Virus record (IMG/VR): IMGVR_UViG_3300032277_000036
Coordinates: 1-35,357 of that record
DNA: 35,357 nucleotides
Origin: a virus
Lineage: Duplodnaviria > Caudoviricetes
Direction: 5' to 3' (one strand)
The notes beneath the pieces were generated by a model that worked only from the letters and a program-made list of their open reading frames with translations, searched no databases and had not been told where the DNA came from. This document shows, in pieces, positions 16,248-26,069 of the stretch; position 1 is the stretch's first letter, and each line of letters starts with the position of its first letter. The position numbers were made by a program, and so were the translations under genes.

Positions 16248-16502
16248 GTGGGCCGTGATTATAGAAAAGAGTACGACAACTACCATTCGTCGCCTAAACA
16301 GAAGAAGAACCGGGCATCGAGGAACGCGGCCCGTGCTGCGATGGTTAAGTCTGGTAGGGTAAAGAAGGGTGATGGGAAGGATGTTACTCATCGGAACGGT
16401 AATCCTCGGGATAATTCTGGTGGTAATTTGGGTATATTGAGTGCGAGTAAGAACCGTAGTTTTCGTCGTACTAAGAAGGCAAGGAAGGCGCAGGTACATT
16501 GA
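16248..16502 (+). CDS. Small HNH-endonuclease-like protein
   Basis: RDYRKEY...NRASRNAAR...GDGKDVTHRNGNPRDNSGGNL...SKNRS; GTG start after AAGGAG. Confidence 0.75.
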   Translation: MGRDYRKEYDNYHSSPKQKKNRASRNAARAAMVKSGRVKKGDGKDVTHRNGNPRDNSGGNLGILSASKNRSFRRTKKARKAQVH

Positions 16503-16963
16503 GGTATGAGGTAGTAACGAGGATGACGTTGCCTATTGAGGTGGCTGTTTTACGTTTGGGTAAGTTTTCGCATCGGGAGAGTGCGTATAGTCATTTGGGT
16601 TTTAACGCGACTAAGTTGTTGAAGGAGGCCAAGTTATTTGCGACTACGGACAACCGTTTATTTATTCTTGCTTGGGATGGTGATAAGGCTGTTGGAGTGA
16701 TGGCTGCGATGGTTGCGGATTATTTTTTTAGTGATGACTTGGTAGCGAACGATTATTTGTGGTATGTTTTACCGGAGTACCGAGGATCGAAGGTTGGTTG
16801 GGAGTTATTGACGATGTATGAGCGGTGGTCCGCGGACCAAGGAACTGTTGATACTCGTGTTGGGATGACGTCTATGATTAACGCGGATGTTTTCAATGGT
16901 ATTATGGAGAAGCGTGGTTATAAGTGTATAGGCGCTAATTACCGCAAGAGGAGCCAAGCATGA
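16499..16963 (+). CDS. GNAT-family N-acyltransferase
   Basis: WYVLPEYRGSKVGWELL (acyl-CoA binding motif A) and EKRGY (motif B). Confidence 0.85.
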   Translation: MRYEVVTRMTLPIEVAVLRLGKFSHRESAYSHLGFNATKLLKEAKLFATTDNRLFILAWDGDKAVGVMAAMVADYFFSDDLVANDYLWYVLPEYRGSKVGWELLTMYERWSADQGTVDTRVGMTSMINADVFNGIMEKRGYKCIGANYRKRSQA

Positions 16964-19900
16964 ATCCTTTTCTGTTTAATTTTTTATTGGACCGTCGAGT
17001 TTTTGGTGGTGGAGACACGTCGACTGGTAACAGCAGCAGCGGCGACGATGGTGGCAGCGATACCAACCAAGACCGTATTAATGATCTGTACGCCGAGCAC
17101 GGTGACGACGTTTGGGACGAGGCTGGGGATGAGTTAAACGATTTATTAGAAGAGGGTCGAGACGCGACCTATACAGGCGGCAACGGCAACGGCACTACTA
17201 CGGGCGGCAACGGCACTACTACGGGCGGCAACGACGACGACGGCGGCAGCACTACTACTACTGTGAGTAGAGAGTATAAGACTACGGATAGCGGCTCTGT
17301 TTATTTTGTTGATGCGAACGGGGTTAATCAGTACGTTGCTGGATCCAACTGGGGTCAGGCTAATCCTTCGACTGATTTACAGCAGTATTTGGATTCGACT
17401 AATCACCCTCAGAAGGACACGGGTTCTTCTACTTCTGGGACCGCGACCACTGGACCTGTGACGGTTAGTGTAAGTGTAGCGAACGGCGACACATTGAGTG
17501 ATCTTGCTGTAACCTACAACACGACGGTTGCGGCGATTGCGAACGCTAGTAACATTAATTTAGCGGATGTTAACGACATTAACATTGGAGATACGTTAAC
17601 GATACCGAGTGGTTCGAACACGACTGGTGAGAGTATTTATGTAGATGTTCCCCAGAGTGTGTTTGACGAGAAGACGCCTGACGGTGCTATATCTGTTGAC
17701 GGAAGTTTTTACGATTCGTTTGGGAACTCATATTCTACTGTTGAGGATCGGAACTATGGCGATGATCAATTATTAAAGCAGGAGTCTTGGAGTAATCCGG
17801 ACAACTGGGAGGTTGTGGTTGATGAGCAGGGTCGCTTGGATCAGAAGTACACTGGTGACATGACGGCTCCGGACAGCGGTGCGTACACGGTTCCGAGTTT
17901 GTCTACGTTGGCTGCGGCTGGAAACAACGACAGTGGTTATGACTTAAAGGTTATCAACGGCACGACGTACATGGAGGACAAGTACGGTCAGACGTATCGT
18001 GACGAAGATGATTTAATTACTGGTGAGAAGGACGTTGATGACCGGGTTGATTCGTACAATAACGCGAGCAACTGGCGGATTGATGCGGACGAGCGCGGCG
18101 TTCCACAGTTAATTTATGTAGGTGGTGAGACGGCTCCTCCTGCGAGTGCGTATAGCGGTGGTTACGTTAACGTGCCGAGTTTAATGGACGTAGATTCTGC
18201 GCAGGAAGAGGCAGGTTTAAGTGACGTTTATTTGGATCTTGAGGAGATTGGCGGCGAGATCAAGGTTTTAGATTCGTATGGCAATATATTTGACGATGCG
18301 GATGCTGCGGCTGCGAATGATGTTAAGGTGCTGGATCGTGCGGATCCGGAGAATTATGAGATTGGCATAGATCCGGAAACTGGGGCGTTAGAGACTAAAT
18401 ACGTTGGAACGTATTCCGACAGTGATATTGTGGCGAACTCTACTGCGGACACTTTTAAAAAGGTATTTCCTACTTTTATTCTAAACACTCCTCAGAATTT
18501 AGCCGCGGTCCGTGGGACCATGGACCCTGTATCGAGAAGCACGGTCATTAACGAGGACATGGCGTATTATTTGTCTCGTGTTACGGGCCGTGATGTTTCG
18601 GAGTTAGTTGGACAGCAGGTATCGTTGAATGATTTGGGTGTATTGGATGCGCTTGGTTATACGTTAGACAACGATGCGTCTCAATATGTTGCTTCTGAGT
18701 TTACGACTGTTGGTTCGGACATGCCGACGTTGACTGCGGAGGAAGTTGCGGATCCGACGTTGATTGATATTTCGATTGATTCGATGCGCAATCTTGCGAC
18801 GGGTTTTACGACTACGTTTACGGGTGCGCTTCAAGGGTTGGAGATAGCCAAGGGGGCTAACGACGATTTAACCTTGCAGGGTTATGTGGACAACATGGCT
18901 CGTTTAGGTGGGGATCGAGAAGACATAGACGAAAGAATTGCTTCTATAAACGCTCAGTTAGAACAAATAGCTTCGGAAGAGGGAATTAGTTTAGCAGAAG
19001 CGAAGGATTATCGTGGAGATTTGGCGGGACAACTAATTATGTTGGATCAGTCAAAACTAGGGATTGAAACGGACATAATGCTTCAACAGTCCGCGTTTGA
19101 GGATTTAGTTGAGCAGGCTGGTATTCCGTTAAACGAGCGTTTTTACTTTGAGTTGGGCGAGTATCTTCAAGAGAATGCGTCTAACTTCATTGGTGAAGTC
19201 GAGAATCCGGAAGTCTTTACGGTTAAATTGTTTGGTGCGTTGGGCAACGCGTTGGGTTTTGCCACTTCGGCGGCGGGTGCTTCGGTTGGTGCGACGTTAG
19301 TAACGGGGAACCCTGTATCGGGAACCATTGCTGGTACAGCTTCAGCCGCGATCCTTGGTTCTTTGGGCAATGCTGCTTCGGTATATAAGGAAGCCGCGCA
19401 GAGTGGAGCTACTGAGGAGCAAGCTCGTCGGGTTTCACAACTTGGACTTGTTATTGGCTCGGCGGAAGCTATTCCGATTGGTAAGGTTCTGGGCAAATTG
19501 CCGCCTAATTTTGCGGATTTGTTTGTAAACAAGGTTGTAAAGTCTGCAGTAAAGTTTGCGGAAGAGGGTGTTGTTGAAGGTGCGCAGGAGGTTATGACCA
19601 GCGTATTAAACGACATGGCGGCGAAAGGCGTTTACGACCCTGATCGACAGGTGTTCAGTGCGGATTTAACGGAAGACGCTTTAATCGGGTTCTTGGTTGG
19701 CGGTGTAACTAACGCGGGACTAGGGGCGTTAACTTCAAGCGAAAAACAAAAAATCGCTAACGACACGGGTATAACTGTTGATGAGTTAAACACAGCGATT
19801 AACAACCCTGTTTTGTTTGCGGATGTTGCGGTTGATAACGGCATAACAAAAGAGACTATCGATCAGTTGCTTGCGGATGGCATGAACATCTCAAAGATTG

Positions 19901-22900
19901 TTAGTGATTTTAAATCGGTTACGGACACCGCAGCAAATCCTAATGGCACGACGGTTGAGGTTTTGGCAAACCAGAGTTCGTTTAACGATACGAAGGTTGT
20001 CGATGGATCGGGGAACGCGGCTATTGTTTATGGCAACCCGGCGTCGAATAGTTTCACGGCAACGCCCACGACGGAGGGGTCTTCTGGTGTATTTGTGAAT
20101 ATCACCAATCCGTTTACCATTGATGGGATAAACAACGATACGGGGTTCAACAACCTTGTGGATATCTTTGGAGAAGACACAGCCAACAGCATTAAGGAAG
20201 AATACAACGATACGGGGACTGTGACTGTTACGAATGACATGGTCGATACGATTGTAAATAACGGCTACGACGGGATCGTTAACAACGACACTGGGGCGGT
20301 AACGGTTACGGACAATTCCAATGTATCGACGGTAACGGAAGAAGAGTCGACCACGGACAATACGGTTGTTGCCACTCGTCCTGAGTGGAAGAACGAGATG
20401 GACCAGATGTATGCCACGATGGGTGGTATTAGTTTGGACGAGGCTCAACGGATCGCGGACCAGTATGGTGTGCCGATTACGGAGTTCGGGGATTATTACA
20501 AGGAAATGGTTGCTGTTAACCAGCCTTGGAAACAGGCTATTCTTGATAACTACTTGATGAACGGTCGGGTGGACTTCGATACGATCAAGCAGATCGAGGC
20601 TGATTTTGGAATTACGACCAACGAGTTCAATGATTTCTATAAGAAGCTGTCTATTGCGAGTGCCGATGGCTTTGATGCTGGGATCTTGGACGCGTTTGAA
20701 GGCGAGATTGATGACCTTGGTGGCACAATTGGGGTGCTCGAGGGTCAGCTTGACACGGCTCAAGATGCGGCGAACTGGGTAAACAGTCAGCTTGATGCGG
20801 ACAAGAGCCGCAATGAGATTATCAACACATTGAAATCGGAGGGCGGATTTAGTCAAACTGAAGCGGCTAAGTTGTATGACTCGATTTATGGGTTCCGTGA
20901 GACGATTGGCGGCTTGGAAACGGACATTACGGGTCTTGAGACAGACGTTGATACGCTTACTGGAGAGCGGGACTTTGCTGAAGGGGCGTATGGCGTAATA
21001 AACGATGCGCTTGCGAGTGAGACGGATCGTCAGGATATTATTAATAATCTGGTTGAGAACGGGTTTGACAGTGCTTCGGCGGCATCTTTGGTTGATACGG
21101 TACAGCAGATCCGCGATACGGATGCTCAGTTGCGCAGCGAAAAAGGTTTTGCGCAGGGCGCGTACAACTATGTAGAGACTAGACTGGCGGACAACGCAAC
21201 CAGAGAAGAAATCTTTGCAGAGTTAAAGGACAATGGGTACACGGATGCGACGGCGAACACGTTGCTCGATGACATCCAAGGGGTGTTCAACGACAAGGCT
21301 GCGCTGGTTACGGACGTGTCGTTCTCTCAAAACGCGTATGCACTGGTTAATGCGCAGCTAGACGCTGGTAAAACCCCGGCAGAGATCGTAGAGTTGTTGG
21401 GAGAAAACAACTTCCCGACAGACTTAGCCCAAGGGCTTGTGGACAGCATACAAACTTACCGAGACACCATCGGCGGTTTGGAAACGGACGTTGAAACGGG
21501 TGAGGGTTTAACGCAGTTTGCCCAACAGGCTTACGATTATGTCAACGGACAGTTGGATGCGGAGACTTCGCTAGACGATATTGTCGCGGATTTAATCGAT
21601 AACGGTTATTCTGAGGCCGGGGCTAACGCTCTGGTTACGAACATTGATGGGATGCGTACAAATCTGTCCGCGGCGGAGACTTTGCTGGGTACAGCCAACG
21701 CAAATCAGTTGTTTGGGCAGACGGCGTATAGTTTTGTCAATGAGCAGCTAGAACTTATTGCAAATCAGGACCCGGATGCCGAGGTTCAGCTTTCTGAGAA
21801 CGACATTATTGCCAAGTTGGTAGAGAATGGGTTCTCCGAGGACAACGCGGCGACGTTGGTAGGCAATGTAACCACCATTCGGACTACAGAAACCACACTG
21901 CGAGACCAGATTGACGGCCTTGAGGCGGAGAATACGTTTGCCGAGGGTGCGTATGACTACGTTAACACGCGTTTGGACGCGATGTTGGGCCAAGATCCGG
22001 ACGCCGAGGTGCAGATTACCCCGGAATCCATTGTAAATGAGCTTGTTGAGAATGGATTTGACCAAACTACGGCTGAAAGCCTAGTTAGCAATGTCACGAC
22101 GGTTAAGGATAAGGTTGCGGACCTTGGGATGCAGCTTGATACGCTTGGCACGGAGGCGAGTTTCGCGCAACGTGCGTATAGTTACGTCAATTCCATGTTC
22201 GATCAGGGCAAAACGGCGGAAGAAATCTCCAGTTCCTTGGTTGAGAAGGGGTTTGCGGAAGATACGGCGTCTACTTTGGTTACGAGTGTCGACGGAACGC
22301 GGACCACGCTTGCTGGTTTGGAGACGGACTTAGGAACGGCGCAGGATCAGCGGACATTTGCGCAGAGAGCCTTTGATTTTGTCAACCAACAGTTAGATGG
22401 CGAGGTATCGGTAGACGATATCCGTCAGGATTTGCTTGATAACGGGTTTTCGGAGCTAGATGCGGACGCATTGATTACGGATGCTACGGATATCCGGTCA
22501 AATACGGACCTTTTGGAGGCTAATAACAGCTTCGCGCAGGGTGCATATGGGTTTATTAACGAGCAATTAGAGAGTGGTTCTCAGACTACGGATATCATTC
22601 AGGAGATGATTGATAACGGATTTGGGTACGATAAGGCTCAATCCATGGTTACGAACGTGGTAAATGTGCAAAACGAGGTGGATACACTGTCTGATGCACT
22701 GGGTATCATGGAAGGAAGAGCCGAGTTTGCGCAGACTTCGTTTGATTACATCAATAACCAGCTAGACAACAACGTCACAGAGGATGCGTTGCTTAATGAT
22801 CTGGTAGAAAACTACGGGTTTACTGCGGACAACGCGCAGAATTTTGTGGACTCGGTACAAGACACGCGTTTCCGTGAGAGCGAGTTACAGCGGATTAAGA

Positions 22901-23535
22901 CGGCGACGACGACAGGAACTACGTTTGACTTTGCTTCAGCCACGGCGGGGGCACCGGAAGACGAGGGCGACGAAGATCAGGTAGCTCCGACGACGGATGG
23001 TCCTTTTGCCCCGATTACTCGCCCGGATCCGACAACCACGACTACACCAGCCACGGCGGTGGGAGGAGTTGGTGGAGACGGCGACGGCGGCACTTATGTT
23101 GGTGGTCAGGCCGTAGAGTTAGACGAGTTTGGAAATCCGATCCTGACCTTCGATCCGTTTGGTCGTCCGGTAGGAACGTACACAACGCAGCCTACACAGC
23201 CTGTTGGTCCGTTTGACGCGTATGCGATGCAGATGCCCGAGACTCCTGCCTTTAATCCGCAGCAGGCGCGTTTAGGTCCACAGCCTACGCAGGTTACGTT
23301 GGACGAGGCTGGATTTATTACTGAGCCTGTGTCGTACATTCCGGAGCAGGTTCCAACGGATCCGACACCATATTACAGCCCTCAGTTTAATCAGTTTACT
23401 GAGGTTCCCGTGGGCTACGGAGCGACGATGGTGCCTCCGAGCTTTATTCAGCAGCCACAACCTGCTATAAACGAAGTAACGCAAGAAGGAATAGGGGCGT
23501 TTTTAGGCAGAACGCCGCCTGTAGGAGTAGCTTAA
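16960..23535 (+). CDS. Giant acidic multidomain protein (LysM, hydrophobic segment, degenerate ART-like domain, 11 helical repeats); probable virion/injected protein
   Basis: 2191 aa; LysM VANGDTLSDLAVTYNTTVAAIANASNI...INIGDTLTIP (~17464-17607); Gly/Ala hydrophobic helices ~19230-19740; repeats ~20755-22860. Confidence 0.85.
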   Translation: MNPFLFNFLLDRRVFGGGDTSTGNSSSGDDGGSDTNQDRINDLYAEHGDDVWDEAGDELNDLLEEGRDATYTGGNGNGTTTGGNGTTTGGNDDDGGSTTTTVSREYKTTDSGSVYFVDANGVNQYVAGSNWGQANPSTDLQQYLDSTNHPQKDTGSSTSGTATTGPVTVSVSVANGDTLSDLAVTYNTTVAAIANASNINLADVNDINIGDTLTIPSGSNTTGESIYVDVPQSVFDEKTPDGAISVDGSFYDSFGNSYSTVEDRNYGDDQLLKQESWSNPDNWEVVVDEQGRLDQKYTGDMTAPDSGAYTVPSLSTLAAAGNNDSGYDLKVINGTTYMEDKYGQTYRDEDDLITGEKDVDDRVDSYNNASNWRIDADERGVPQLIYVGGETAPPASAYSGGYVNVPSLMDVDSAQEEAGLSDVYLDLEEIGGEIKVLDSYGNIFDDADAAAANDVKVLDRADPENYEIGIDPETGALETKYVGTYSDSDIVANSTADTFKKVFPTFILNTPQNLAAVRGTMDPVSRSTVINEDMAYYLSRVTGRDVSELVGQQVSLNDLGVLDALGYTLDNDASQYVASEFTTVGSDMPTLTAEEVADPTLIDISIDSMRNLATGFTTTFTGALQGLEIAKGANDDLTLQGYVDNMARLGGDREDIDERIASINAQLEQIASEEGISLAEAKDYRGDLAGQLIMLDQSKLGIETDIMLQQSAFEDLVEQAGIPLNERFYFELGEYLQENASNFIGEVENPEVFTVKLFGALGNALGFATSAAGASVGATLVTGNPVSGTIAGTASAAILGSLGNAASVYKEAAQSGATEEQARRVSQLGLVIGSAEAIPIGKVLGKLPPNFADLFVNKVVKSAVKFAEEGVVEGAQEVMTSVLNDMAAKGVYDPDRQVFSADLTEDALIGFLVGGVTNAGLGALTSSEKQKIANDTGITVDELNTAINNPVLFADVAVDNGITKETIDQLLADGMNISKIVSDFKSVTDTAANPNGTTVEVLANQSSFNDTKVVDGSGNAAIVYGNPASNSFTATPTTEGSSGVFVNITNPFTIDGINNDTGFNNLVDIFGEDTANSIKEEYNDTGTVTVTNDMVDTIVNNGYDGIVNNDTGAVTVTDNSNVSTVTEEESTTDNTVVATRPEWKNEMDQMYATMGGISLDEAQRIADQYGVPITEFGDYYKEMVAVNQPWKQAILDNYLMNGRVDFDTIKQIEADFGITTNEFNDFYKKLSIASADGFDAGILDAFEGEIDDLGGTIGVLEGQLDTAQDAANWVNSQLDADKSRNEIINTLKSEGGFSQTEAAKLYDSIYGFRETIGGLETDITGLETDVDTLTGERDFAEGAYGVINDALASETDRQDIINNLVENGFDSASAASLVDTVQQIRDTDAQLRSEKGFAQGAYNYVETRLADNATREEIFAELKDNGYTDATANTLLDDIQGVFNDKAALVTDVSFSQNAYALVNAQLDAGKTPAEIVELLGENNFPTDLAQGLVDSIQTYRDTIGGLETDVETGEGLTQFAQQAYDYVNGQLDAETSLDDIVADLIDNGYSEAGANALVTNIDGMRTNLSAAETLLGTANANQLFGQTAYSFVNEQLELIANQDPDAEVQLSENDIIAKLVENGFSEDNAATLVGNVTTIRTTETTLRDQIDGLEAENTFAEGAYDYVNTRLDAMLGQDPDAEVQITPESIVNELVENGFDQTTAESLVSNVTTVKDKVADLGMQLDTLGTEASFAQRAYSYVNSMFDQGKTAEEISSSLVEKGFAEDTASTLVTSVDGTRTTLAGLETDLGTAQDQRTFAQRAFDFVNQQLDGEVSVDDIRQDLLDNGFSELDADALITDATDIRSNTDLLEANNSFAQGAYGFINEQLESGSQTTDIIQEMIDNGFGYDKAQSMVTNVVNVQNEVDTLSDALGIMEGRAEFAQTSFDYINNQLDNNVTEDALLNDLVENYGFTADNAQNFVDSVQDTRFRESELQRIKTATTTGTTFDFASATAGAPEDEGDEDQVAPTTDGPFAPITRPDPTTTTTPATAVGGVGGDGDGGTYVGGQAVELDEFGNPILTFDPFGRPVGTYTTQPTQPVGPFDAYAMQMPETPAFNPQQARLGPQPTQVTLDEAGFITEPVSYIPEQVPTDPTPYYSPQFNQFTEVPVGYGATMVPPSFIQQPQPAINEVTQEGIGAFLGRTPPVGVA
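17185..17233 (+). repeat. In-frame 21-nt tandem repeat (GNGTTTG)
   Basis: GGCAACGGCACTACTACGGGC twice plus partial copies. Confidence 0.8.
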
Positions 23536-24606
23536 ATGGCTTATACGATTCAATCGGGCGACACGCTCAGTGAGATTGCGGAAAAGAACAACACCTCCGT
23601 TGCGGAGATCATGGCGTCTAATCCTCAGATTTCGAATGCAAACCAGATACAAGCTGGCGCATCGCTCAACATGGGGAGCGCAGGTTCGGGGGCGTCTACT
23701 TATCAGGGTGGTTTTGGTACGGAGTCTGGTGGCAGCAGTCAGGAGCGAGCCCGTGCGATTATAGGCGATGATCGAGCAAGCGAATTAGCAAAGCTGTCTC
23801 AGCAGAACTTTACCCCAGCGGAAGCGCAGCAGGCGTCTCGTCAGTATGGTTATGTTGGAGGTATTCCTTCTTTAGATCAAAGTATGCTTACGGAAATGTC
23901 TGGGGCGAAATACGATCCGTTTAACACCAAGGACATGGTTATTGGTGGATTATTGGGCGCGGTCATACCGGGCGCTGGGTTGCTTTACACCGCAGCGAAG
24001 TACAACGAGGCGTATGAGGATCGTGAGATCGCGGGTCAGCTTATGAAACAAGGGGAGTACGAAGAGCGCGGGATTTTCGGGACCGATTTGTTCAAGGCAA
24101 AAGACGCTGCTCAGTATGTTCCGGTGTATGACGAGAAAGATCAGTTGGTTGGGTCTCTTGGGTTAGACGCTGAAGGAAAAGCTCTTGGCTATATGGGTCA
24201 ACGTATGGAGGGGTATGAGGGACTGGGGTCTCAGTTTATTCAACCCGCAGAAATGCCTCAAGCGGGTGGGGGGGACGATGATCGTCCGTCGCCTATTTCG
24301 GCGGAAGCCGTTGGCGTTACTCCGGAAGCGGGAGCGGGGGCAGGTTATAGGCCGACACCGAAACTGCCTCAAGTTCCACTGCCTTCAGCGTTGGAACAAA
24401 CGAGACCTGCTCCGCAGCAGCCTATTACTAAGCCCACGCCTATCCCGGCGGGGTTTGGTCAACAGCCGCGGCAGCAACAGCAGGGCGCAGCGGGTCCAGC
24501 TATTAAGGATCCGCAGGGCGGGATTATGACTACTCTCGCTGCCCAGCAGCAGCAGGAGATGTACCCGTTCATGTACGGCAACGAGTACCAACGTAATACG
24601 GCATGA
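23536..24606 (+). CDS. LysM-domain protein with one predicted TM helix and a Pro/Gln-rich tail
   Basis: N-terminal YTIQSGDTLSEIAEKNNTSVAEIMASNPQISNANQIQAGASL; MVIGGLLGAVIPGAGLLY. Confidence 0.85.
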   Translation: MAYTIQSGDTLSEIAEKNNTSVAEIMASNPQISNANQIQAGASLNMGSAGSGASTYQGGFGTESGGSSQERARAIIGDDRASELAKLSQQNFTPAEAQQASRQYGYVGGIPSLDQSMLTEMSGAKYDPFNTKDMVIGGLLGAVIPGAGLLYTAAKYNEAYEDREIAGQLMKQGEYEERGIFGTDLFKAKDAAQYVPVYDEKDQLVGSLGLDAEGKALGYMGQRMEGYEGLGSQFIQPAEMPQAGGGDDDRPSPISAEAVGVTPEAGAGAGYRPTPKLPQVPLPSALEQTRPAPQQPITKPTPIPAGFGQQPRQQQQGAAGPAIKDPQGGIMTTLAAQQQQEMYPFMYGNEYQRNTA

Positions 24607-26069
24607 ATTTACAAGCCTTACCAGAAGAAGCCCTAAAAGAGATTCTGTCGCTGACAGAAGCTAAGAAGAAGTTGGATTTGCGAGCCAAAGCGCAAGACCA
24701 GTTTATGCCGTTTGCGCATCATGTGTATGAGAACTTTATTGAAGGTCGTCATCACAGGGTTATTTCTAAACAGTTAGAACGTGTGGCTCGTGGAGAGTTA
24801 AAGCGGTTAATTATCAACATGCCGCCTCGGCACTCGAAGTCAGAGTTTGCCAGTTTCTTAATGCCTGCTTGGTTTCTGGGTCGCAACCCGAAGCTCAAGA
24901 TTATTCAGGCTACTCACAACACGGAGCTTGCGGTTCGGTTTGGACGTAAGGTTCGAGATTTGATTGACGACCCTGCCTACAAAGAAATCTTTCCGGATAC
25001 GAATTTGAAGGAGGACAATAAGGGTGCAGGTAAATGGCAGACGGACAAGGGCGGTGAATATTTTGCTGCGGGTGTTGGAGCAGCGGTTACGGGTCGCGGT
25101 GCGGATTTATTTATAATTGACGACCCTCACTCGGAGCAGGATGCGATGAGCGACAGTGCGTTTGACAACGCATATGAGTGGTACACATCTGGTCCTCGAC
25201 AGCGTTTGCAGCCGGGTGGTGCGATCATTTTGGTTATGACCCGTTGGGGTAAGAAGGATTTGACGGGCCGTTTGGTACAAGCGCAGGGCGGCGACATTAT
25301 GTCGGACAAGTGGGAGGTTGTTGAGTTCCCTGCAATCATGCCGAGCGACAAGCCGTTATGGCCTGAGTTTTGGGAGAAAGAGGCGCTTCTTTCGATCAAA
25401 GCCTCGCTTCCTGTAGGCAAGTGGAATGCGCAGTGGCAGCAACAGCCTACTGCTTCTGAGAGTGCGATAGTCAAACGAGAGTGGTGGAAAGACTGGGAGA
25501 AAGAACAGATCCCGGCGATTAAGTACGTTGTTCAAGCGTATGACACGGCGTTTTCAAAGAAAGAAACAGCGGATTATTCTGCGATAACGACGTGGGGGGT
25601 GTTTACGCCCGACGACGGTGGTCCGGATAACATCATACTTATGGACGCTCGAAGAGGGCGTTGGAACTTTCCTGAACTCAAGGAGATTGCGTATGAGGAG
25701 CACGAATACTGGGAGCCAGACATGGTGTTGGTCGAAGCGAAAGCGACGGGTACACCGCTCATTGACGAGTTGCGGCTTCGTGGTATTCCAGCCTTGGGCT
25801 TCTCACCGGGCAAAGGAAATGATAAAGTAACCAGAATGCACATGGTTGCGCCTTTGTTTGAAGCTGGGATTGTGTGGGCACCGATGCACGAGAAGTTTGC
25901 GGATGAGGTCATTGAGGAAGTGGTTTCATTTCCTAATGGCGATCACGATGACTTTTGTGATAGCATGACACTAGCCTTGATGAGGTTTCGTCAGGGCGGC
26001 TTCGTTTCTTTACGGGGCGAAGAGGAAGAGGACGATTTGTACGTTCCTCGTAGACGGGAGTATTACTGA
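24603..26069 (+). CDS. terL: Terminase large subunit
   Basis: INMPPRHSKS Walker A, IIDDP Walker B, MTRW motif, RNase H-like YDTA, VEAKATG, FPNGDHDDFCDS. Confidence 0.95.
   Translation: MNLQALPEEALKEILSLTEAKKKLDLRAKAQDQFMPFAHHVYENFIEGRHHRVISKQLERVARGELKRLIINMPPRHSKSEFASFLMPAWFLGRNPKLKIIQATHNTELAVRFGRKVRDLIDDPAYKEIFPDTNLKEDNKGAGKWQTDKGGEYFAAGVGAAVTGRGADLFIIDDPHSEQDAMSDSAFDNAYEWYTSGPRQRLQPGGAIILVMTRWGKKDLTGRLVQAQGGDIMSDKWEVVEFPAIMPSDKPLWPEFWEKEALLSIKASLPVGKWNAQWQQQPTASESAIVKREWWKDWEKEQIPAIKYVVQAYDTAFSKKETADYSAITTWGVFTPDDGGPDNIILMDARRGRWNFPELKEIAYEEHEYWEPDMVLVEAKATGTPLIDELRLRGIPALGFSPGKGNDKVTRMHMVAPLFEAGIVWAPMHEKFADEVIEEVVSFPNGDHDDFCDSMTLALMRFRQGGFVSLRGEEEEDDLYVPRRREYY

Noticed and set aside
15258-16502. 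HEARO/OMEGA-type RNA-guided system (structured RNA plus HNH ORF)
   Set aside because: The HNH protein is only 84 aa, lacks RuvC/PLMP features, and has its own promoter separating it from the structure.
19891-20856. 321-aa antisense ORF inside the giant gene, and other long antisense ORFs in pol, primase, terL and MCP
   Set aside because: Shadow frames arising from codon bias of well-supported genes on the opposite strand.
20755-22860. Diversity-generating retroelement template/variable repeats
   Set aside because: Repeats are diverged at protein level without adenine-specific differences; no reverse transcriptase in the window.
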